The notes beneath the pieces were generated by a model. It was not told the DNA's origin. It made no database searches and saw nothing but the letters and a program-made list of their open reading frames with translations. The translations under genes were made by a program, and so were the position numbers. Below, in pieces: positions 57,691 to 64,000 of a DNA stretch of 64,000 bases. The stretch is from an uncultured Bacteroides sp. Lineage in GTDB: Bacteria; Bacteroidota; Bacteroidia; Bacteroidales; JACABE01. The stretch is from assembly GCA_964496885.1 (NCBI GenBank), contig CAZCBG010000009.1:1162-65161 (forward strand). The letters are read 5' to 3'. Every line of letters begins with the position of its first letter. Position 1 is the stretch's first letter.

Positions 57691-58365
57691 ATGAAAAAGA
57701 CATGTCTAATGTTATCTATTATCCTGATTTCCTTTTTATTATCTGCTCAGGACGAAAAACCAACTCAGTATCTGTTTGGTAACATAGGGAAAATTTCTTT
57801 TAATGGGTTTGGGGCTCCTATGGTTGAGCTTTCTTCAAAAGGTGGCGATATTTCAGTTTCAACAGGAGGTGGAGGTGCCGTTTTATGTAATCAAAAGTTT
57901 TTTTTAGGTGCTTATGGAATGGGGTTCGCAACCCAAGATGAAGTTGATGGACTTAAAATAAAACAATCAAACGGAGAGATAATCAGTTACCCCTCTATGC
58001 GAACAGTTTTTGCGCATGGTGGATTTTGGTTAGGTTATATACATAATAGGAAAAATGCGATACATTGGGGTGTGAGTACAAAAATTGGATGGGGAGCTAT
58101 AAGTTTGGTTGACGCCAATATGAACGAAGATTCACATACTAAAGTTGGTTTAGATCAGGTTTTTGTATTTACACCACAAATAGAAACAGAAATGAATATT
58201 ACCCGATGGTTTAAAGTTAACATTGGCGCCGGATATCGTTTTGTTAGCGGTATTGATAAAATCTATACAAATAGCAATGGACAAGAAGTTGCCTTTTATA
58301 AAACTTCAGATTTTAATAGCCCTCAGGTATGCATTAGTTTTTTGTTTGGTGGATTCGGAAGATAA
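57691..58365 (+). CDS. Hypothetical secreted / outer-membrane protein, Gly-rich
   Basis: Signal peptide ending LSAQ; beta-rich; no family recognised. Confidence 0.45.
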   Translation: MKKTCLMLSIILISFLLSAQDEKPTQYLFGNIGKISFNGFGAPMVELSSKGGDISVSTGGGGAVLCNQKFFLGAYGMGFATQDEVDGLKIKQSNGEIISYPSMRTVFAHGGFWLGYIHNRKNAIHWGVSTKIGWGAISLVDANMNEDSHTKVGLDQVFVFTPQIETEMNITRWFKVNIGAGYRFVSGIDKIYTNSNGQEVAFYKTSDFNSPQVCISFLFGGFGR

Positions 58366-58597
58366 ATTCTTATTTTATTTTTTTAATGCATAGGCAAGGT
58401 AAATACTATTCTAAACAACACTTTTTCCTTTCTTATTACGAGGATATTGTATCACTAAGAAATGCATTAACTTATACCTCGCTTCTTCATTTTCCCTTTT
58501 CAATGGTGAGACAATGAACACTCCACCAAAACAAATAAGAAAAATTTACGTTACATTTTATTCAAATTATAAAGTGCTTATCTTTAGGAAATTTATC

Positions 58598-60949
58598 ATG
58601 AAAAAATGTTTATTATTTTGCTTGTTGCTAATTATTCGTGTTCAATCAACTCAAGCATTGGATACGATGTTAACGGCAGATAAAAAGCCAATAATAAGCG
58701 GCAGTATTAAAGATGGGAAAACTGGAGAGCAACTTCTTGGTGCAACTGTATACATTAAAGAGCTGAAATCTGGTGTGGCCAGCAATATGTATGGATTTTA
58801 TTCATTAAGTGTTCCTTCCGGAAATTACACATTGGTGTTTTCTAATATTGGGTATGAAAACTTAGAAAAAAAAATTCAGCTAAAAGAAAACATGACCCTA
58901 AATGTTGAATTACAACCCAGGCATCAACTGCTATCTGAAGTTGTAATCACTGAAAAACGCAACAACGAAAACATTACAAAAAACGAAATGAGCATGGTCC
59001 GTCTGGATGCAAAAACAATTCGTAAAATTCCTGCATTTATGGGAGAAGTGGATATCATAAAAGCATTACAGTTATTACCCGGCATACAAACCACCAGTGA
59101 AGGTTCTTCAGGTTTTAGTGTAAGAGGAGGTAGTCCCGACCAAAATCTTGTTTTGCTTGATGAAGCCACCGTCTACAATGCATCTCATTTATTGGGTTTC
59201 TTTTCGATTTTTAACAATGATGCCATTAAAGATGTAAAAATTTACAAAGGAGATATTCCAATGAATTATGGTGGAAGGCTTTCCTCCGTTTTGGATGTAA
59301 GAATGAATGATGGGAATGAAAAGGAATTTTCTGTAACTGGTGGGATTGGCACAATTTCTAGCAGGTTAACGCTCGAAGGTCCTTTGATAAAAGATAAAAC
59401 TTCATTTATTATATCCGGAAGAAGAACTTATTTTGATTTATTTTTACCCTTGTCACCTAACGTAGATATTAGAAATAATGTATTGTATTTTTATGATTTT
59501 AATGCCAAAATTTCACACCAAATCAATGAAAACAATCGTATATATCTTTCAGGATATTTTGGAAGAGATGTTTTTAACAATAATTTCTCTAGATTAACTT
59601 CAGGGAATCAAACATTTACAATTCGATGGAATCACTTGTTTTCCAAAAAACTATTTTCTAACTTTATGTTTGTGTATAGTAAATATGATTATTTTTTAGG
59701 AACACCCGATGGTGAACCCAGTTCTTTTGAGTGGAATTCAAAAATGAGAGATTATGGTTTAAAAACCGACTTTACCTTATATTCTAATCCTAAAAATACA
59801 ATAAAATTTGGATTAAGTAGTATTTATCATATTATTGATCCCGGTCTCGCTAAAGGAACAGGATCACAAAGCCTTTTTAATGAATTTGTTGTTCCATCTT
59901 CTTATGCGTTGGAACACGGCCTGTATTTGGGTAACGAACAGAAAATAAACAATAAGATAAGCATAAAATATGGCTTGAGGTTTTCGATGTTTCAAAACAT
60001 TGGAGCTGCTACAATTTATCATTATAATTCAAATTTTGAATCTGTTGATTCAAGTGTTTATAAAAAAGGTGATTTTTACGAAACTTATTCAGGCTTGGAA
60101 CCTCGTTTTGGTATTAATTATACCATCAATGATGAATCTTCAATAAAAGCAAATTATTCAAGAACTTTCCAATATATTCAATTGGCTCAGAATTCTACGT
60201 CTGGAACACCTTTGGATGTTTGGTTTCCAGCAAGTCCCAATGTAAAACCTCAACGTTGCGACCAGATAGCATTGGGTTATTTTAGAAATTTCTTAGGAAA
60301 TTATCTGGAGACATCCGTAGAAGTATATTATAAAAAAATGACAAATTCTATTGATTTTAAAGATCATGCAAATCTTTTACTCAATCAGAAATTAGAAGGT
60401 GAAATCCGTTTTGGGGAGGCAACCTCAAGAGGATTGGAAGTAATGCTTAAAATTCCTGATGGAAGAATTAATGGGTGGGTAAGTTATACATTATCGAAAA
60501 CTGACAGGGTTTTTCCTGATATCAATAATGGAAATACTTATCTGGCTTATTACGACAAACCTCACAATATTGCTGTTGTTTTTAATTATGAAATCAACAA
60601 AAGAACCACATTTGCAGCCAATTGGATTTATTATACCGGATCACCTGTTACTTTTCCAACAGGCCGTGCCGATATCGGAGGTAAAATTGTTCCAATTTAT
60701 TCAAATAGAAATGCTTACCGTATGCCCGATTATCACCGTTTAGATTTGTCATTAACGCTCAGAAGCAAACAAAAACCAAACCGAAAATGGAATTCTGAAT
60801 GGGTGTTCTCTCTGTACAATGCTTATGGCAGAAAAAATGCCTGGTCTATCAATTTTAGGCAAGATAAAATCAATCCAGAAATTACATATGCCGAAAAAAC
60901 CTATTTGTTCAGTTTTGTTCCAGCCATTACTTTCAATTTCAAATTTTAA
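58598..60949 (+). CDS. TonB-dependent receptor with N-terminal carboxypeptidase-regulatory-like domain
   Basis: ISGSIKDGKTGEQLLGATVYI...GFYSLSVPSGNYTLVFSNIGYE, plug (ALQLLPGIQT...FSVRGG), C-terminal ...ITFNFKF. The ATG at 58598 (MKKCLLF) is preferred. Confidence 0.85.
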   Translation: MKKCLLFCLLLIIRVQSTQALDTMLTADKKPIISGSIKDGKTGEQLLGATVYIKELKSGVASNMYGFYSLSVPSGNYTLVFSNIGYENLEKKIQLKENMTLNVELQPRHQLLSEVVITEKRNNENITKNEMSMVRLDAKTIRKIPAFMGEVDIIKALQLLPGIQTTSEGSSGFSVRGGSPDQNLVLLDEATVYNASHLLGFFSIFNNDAIKDVKIYKGDIPMNYGGRLSSVLDVRMNDGNEKEFSVTGGIGTISSRLTLEGPLIKDKTSFIISGRRTYFDLFLPLSPNVDIRNNVLYFYDFNAKISHQINENNRIYLSGYFGRDVFNNNFSRLTSGNQTFTIRWNHLFSKKLFSNFMFVYSKYDYFLGTPDGEPSSFEWNSKMRDYGLKTDFTLYSNPKNTIKFGLSSIYHIIDPGLAKGTGSQSLFNEFVVPSSYALEHGLYLGNEQKINNKISIKYGLRFSMFQNIGAATIYHYNSNFESVDSSVYKKGDFYETYSGLEPRFGINYTINDESSIKANYSRTFQYIQLAQNSTSGTPLDVWFPASPNVKPQRCDQIALGYFRNFLGNYLETSVEVYYKKMTNSIDFKDHANLLLNQKLEGEIRFGEATSRGLEVMLKIPDGRINGWVSYTLSKTDRVFPDINNGNTYLAYYDKPHNIAVVFNYEINKRTTFAANWIYYTGSPVTFPTGRADIGGKIVPIYSNRNAYRMPDYHRLDLSLTLRSKQKPNRKWNSEWVFSLYNAYGRKNAWSINFRQDKINPEITYAEKTYLFSFVPAITFNFKF

Positions 60950-60951
60950 CC

Positions 60952-61794
60952 ATGAGAAATCTTAAATATATAATAATGTTGTTTACGCTTACAATCCTTT
61001 ATAGCTGTACTGAAAAAATAGACATTGTATTGGATAATAGTTATACAAGATTGGTTGTTGAAGCGAGGTTATCCACTGACACGACAATTCACCAGGTAAA
61101 ACTTACCAAAACTTCGAGCTATTTTTATAACAATATACCTCCTGTTGTTAGCGGAGCAACTGTAACAATTGATGATGGGGTTACCGTCTATCCATTAACA
61201 GAAAGCTTGCTACATCCTGGCGTTTACGAAACTGCTCCAAATTTTTTTGGAGTTATCGGCAAAAGCTATCATTTGCTGGTTAAAAATGTTGATATAGACA
61301 AAAATGGCGTGATGGAAGAATATTCGGCTAACTCTACAATTTACCCAATCAATAGAATTGACTCGATTGCAATGGAATATACCGCACATCCCGAAGGTTG
61401 GGCAATAAAATGCTATGTACAGGATCCTCCCACCGAAGATTATTACCTGTTTAATGTATACAAAAACAATGTATTAATGACAGATACAATTACAGAGCCA
61501 TTGGTTGTTGACGATAAATTATTTAACGGAAATTATACCAATGGCATTGCTGTTGGATATTTAAGAGACAGAAAACCAGACGAAAAAGCATCTCCTGGTG
61601 ATACCGTTGAATTAGAAATGTGGAGAATCACGAAAGAATTTGAAAAATTTATCATCGAACTAAAAGATGCTACCCGCCCTTCTACTCCACTTTTTAGTGG
61701 GCCTCCTGCAAATGTAAAAGGAAATATCAGCAATGGAGCTGTCGGATACTTTGCTACATATTCAATTTCAAGAGCAAAAACGGTGATAAAATAA
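60952..61794 (+). CDS. DUF4249-type lipoprotein (usual partner of CarboxypepD_reg TonB-dependent receptors)
   Basis: Lipobox LYSC; size and position 2 nt after the receptor gene. Confidence 0.65.
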   Translation: MRNLKYIIMLFTLTILYSCTEKIDIVLDNSYTRLVVEARLSTDTTIHQVKLTKTSSYFYNNIPPVVSGATVTIDDGVTVYPLTESLLHPGVYETAPNFFGVIGKSYHLLVKNVDIDKNGVMEEYSANSTIYPINRIDSIAMEYTAHPEGWAIKCYVQDPPTEDYYLFNVYKNNVLMTDTITEPLVVDDKLFNGNYTNGIAVGYLRDRKPDEKASPGDTVELEMWRITKEFEKFIIELKDATRPSTPLFSGPPANVKGNISNGAVGYFATYSISRAKTVIK

Positions 61795-61968
61795 CCGAAA
61801 AGGTATTGGATTTCAGACTGTAGCATTTTAAGATACAAACTGATATTCAAACTGAATGAATCCTTTGTCAAATAGTCAGCAACATAATGTAGAAATATTT
61901 CTGTTTTTTACACTTTTATTATTTAATAAATATTTACATATTTTTACGATTTCTCATTAAAATAGATG

Positions 61969-61976
61969 TAGGTTTG
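61969..61976 (+). promoter_or_regulatory. -7 promoter box TAGGTTTG upstream of the A2M-family gene
   Basis: TAnnTTTG match, 79 nt upstream of the ATG at 62056. Confidence 0.4.
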
Positions 61977-62055
61977 TAAAATAATTACGGTTACATAACA
62001 ATTTAATAATTAATAATGTTACGTAGTAATTTTAACCATTAACCACACCCTTTTT

Positions 62056-64000
62056 ATGAAAAAGAAAACCATTCAGATTGCTGCTACAGTAATTACTGTG
62101 GTAGTACTAGCTTTTGTAGTTTACAAAATAGCTATACACAAGCATCATTTCAAAAGAGTTAATCCTGCATTTAAAGAATATGTTCAGGCATTTACATCCG
62201 GTGTGGTTTCGACCCATACCACTGTAAAAGTGAGACTTGCTAACGATTATGCAGACTCTTCACTATTCGGAACACCAATTTCCGAAAAACTATTTAGTTT
62301 TAAACCTTCCATCAGAGGCAAAGCAAAATGGATAGATAGTCGTACTATTGAGTTTAGTCCTGAAGATAAATTACCTCCCAAAAAGTTCTATGAGGTAGAA
62401 TTTTACTTGTCAAATTTATTGAAAGTGCCAGATTCACTTAAAACCATGGAATTTCAGTTTCAGACTATCCAGCAGGATTTTGAAATTAAAGTTGAAAATC
62501 ATAAAGCCTATAATAAATCAGATCTTTCTATAGAGAAAATATATGGAACACTGCATACAGCAGATTTTGCTGATGATAAACAGATAGAAGCAATTTTAAC
62601 AGCTCAGCAAGATGGCAAGCAGTTATTGATTAGCTGGGTTCACGATGCTCAAAAAAAACTACATTATTTTCAGGTTGACTCTGTAAAAAGAGGTAAAGTT
62701 AAAAGTAATGTATGTCTTTCATACAACGGGAAACCAATTGACGCCAAAACCAAGGGCGAGCAAACGATTGAAATTCCGTTTTTAGGCAAGTTCGCACTTA
62801 CAAATGTGAGACTAGTACAATCACAAGAGCAATATTTACTTGTGCAGTTCTCTGATCCATTGGAAGAAAATCAAAATCTGGAAGGGTTGATTAAAATTGC
62901 AAAATCGATGGATTTGCGCTATACAATAGAAGACAATGAATTAAAAATTTATCCACCCCTTAAAAAAACAGGAGAGGCAACTTTAACGATAGAATCCTCT
63001 ATAAAAAATATAAACGGAGAGAGTTTGGGAATTACAATCAATAAAGAAATTAAATTTGAAGATTGCAAACCCAATGTCAGATTTATTGGAAATGGAGTTA
63101 TCATGCCTTCATCCAATGGTTTATTACTTCCATTTGAAGCTGTTAATTTAAAAGCAGTAGATATTAAGATTTGTAAAATTTATGAAAACAACATCATTCA
63201 GTTTTTGCAGGTCAACGAATTGAATGGCCAAAGTGAGCTAACAAGGGTAGGTAAAACGGTTCTTAAAAAGACAATCCCATTGACCAATGTGATGGATTAT
63301 GGTAAATGGAATCGTTTTTCAATTGATTTATCACAACTTATAAAAACAGAACCAGGAGCAATTTATTCTGTACGTTTGAGTTTTAAAAAAGATTATTCTT
63401 CATATAGCTGCCAAGGCGAATCAGACGCAAAAGAAGAAGTTAACCTTGTTAGTTGGAATGATGACAATGAACGTGAAGATGGCTGGTATTATGAAAACTA
63501 TTATTACGACGATTACTATGATGAAGATGGTTATTATTATTACAATTGGGAAGAGCGTGACGATCCCTGCAAAAAATCCTATTACAATAATAAATCCATC
63601 ACCCGCAATGTTTTGGCTTCCGATTTGGGGATCATAGCAAAAGCTGGCAATGCTGGTAATTATACTATTTATGTTACCAATCTGGTTACAACTAAGCCCA
63701 TTTCAGGAGTAAGTGTTGGATTTTATGATTATCAACAGCAATTATTAGGGACAGTCAATACTAACGACGAAGGAATGGCAGAAATTAAGCTGAAAAGAAG
63801 AGCGTTTGTATTAATCGCTAAGAAAGATGAACAAAGGGGCTATTTGAAAATGCTTGAGGGCACGTCTTTATCATTGAGTATGTTTGATGTAAGTGGTGAA
63901 ATTGTCCAGAAAGGCTTAAAAGGGTTTATTTATGGTGAACGGGGTATCTGGAGACCAGGAGATTCGCTCTATCTTACATTCATTCTGGAGGATAAAGAAA
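62056..64000 (+). CDS. Alpha-2-macroglobulin family protein (bacterial MG-domain protein), 5' partial; runs off the window
   Basis: My own translation of frame 1 is open from the ATG at 62056 to the window end (648 codons). N-terminal TM anchor MKKKTIQIAATVITVVVLAFVVY, then MG-domain-like text: ...RGYLKMLEGTSLSLSMFDVSGE..KGLKGFIYGERGIWRPGDSLYLTFILEDK. Absent from the ORF track because no stop lies in the window. Confidence 0.8.
   Translation, partial: MKKKTIQIAATVITVVVLAFVVYKIAIHKHHFKRVNPAFKEYVQAFTSGVVSTHTTVKVRLANDYADSSLFGTPISEKLFSFKPSIRGKAKWIDSRTIEFSPEDKLPPKKFYEVEFYLSNLLKVPDSLKTMEFQFQTIQQDFEIKVENHKAYNKSDLSIEKIYGTLHTADFADDKQIEAILTAQQDGKQLLISWVHDAQKKLHYFQVDSVKRGKVKSNVCLSYNGKPIDAKTKGEQTIEIPFLGKFALTNVRLVQSQEQYLLVQFSDPLEENQNLEGLIKIAKSMDLRYTIEDNELKIYPPLKKTGEATLTIESSIKNINGESLGITINKEIKFEDCKPNVRFIGNGVIMPSSNGLLLPFEAVNLKAVDIKICKIYENNIIQFLQVNELNGQSELTRVGKTVLKKTIPLTNVMDYGKWNRFSIDLSQLIKTEPGAIYSVRLSFKKDYSSYSCQGESDAKEEVNLVSWNDDNEREDGWYYENYYYDDYYDEDGYYYYNWEERDDPCKKSYYNNKSITRNVLASDLGIIAKAGNAGNYTIYVTNLVTTKPISGVSVGFYDYQQQLLGTVNTNDEGMAEIKLKRRAFVLIAKKDEQRGYLKMLEGTSLSLSMFDVSGEIVQKGLKGFIYGERGIWRPGDSLYLTFILEDKE

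Noticed and set aside
63446-63637. 63-aa ORF (MLVGMMTMNVKMAG...) in the ORF track
   Set aside because: It is an alternative frame of the TAT/GAT/GAA-repetitive stretch inside the A2M-family gene, whose own frame is open from 62056 to the window end.
1-64000. Window-wide search by eye for CRISPR arrays, rRNA, intact IS elements or transposases, toxin-antitoxin pairs, reverse transcriptases and recognisable defence genes
   Set aside because: None found. There are no regularly spaced direct repeats and no nuclease, ATPase or methyltransferase-type defence signatures. YraN is a conserved housekeeping-type gene, and the only recombination genes are at 105-1285.

Overview
This window looks like an AT-rich Bacteroidota chromosome segment. 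The evidence is many TAnnTTTG -7 promoter boxes, three proteins with T9SS C-terminal sorting domains, TonB-dependent receptors, and DUF4249/DUF4271/DUF3570-type genes. It uses the standard genetic code, since TAA, TAG and TGA all act as stops. I call about 62 protein genes, 2 tRNAs (Leu-CAA, Arg-CCT) and 1 cobalamin riboswitch. I found no rRNA, no CRISPR array and no intact IS element.

Most of the window is housekeeping: sodB, two S41 Ctp peptidases, prs, rplY, pheT, ubiX, yraN, LD-carboxypeptidase, metG, iorAB, a U32 peptidase, a PHP histidinol-phosphatase, hemD, rnpA, yidD, cdd, and the PpiD-like PPIase / CNNM-hemolysin / lptC / coaX block.

Parts worth a second look:
1. A B12-riboswitch-controlled uptake locus (36.3-41.7 kb). 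Two accessory proteins are T9SS cargo, followed by a BtuB-like receptor and a beta-propeller lipoprotein.
2. A tightly coupled thioredoxin-fold / ApbE / DUF4266 / DUF3570 module (25.2-28.0 kb). The ApbE has no signal peptide, and the barrel protein carries two flavinylation-like motifs.
3. A degraded recombinase region at the 5' edge.
4. A two-copy intergenic box-plus-hairpin module 3' of pheT and metG.
5. A duplicated segment in a 542-bp AT-rich divergent spacer.
6. A string of unassignable exported proteins (28-31.4 kb).
7. A large alpha-2-macroglobulin-family gene running off the 3' end, which is missing from the ORF track.

All family calls are by-eye motif recognition from memory. No searches were run.
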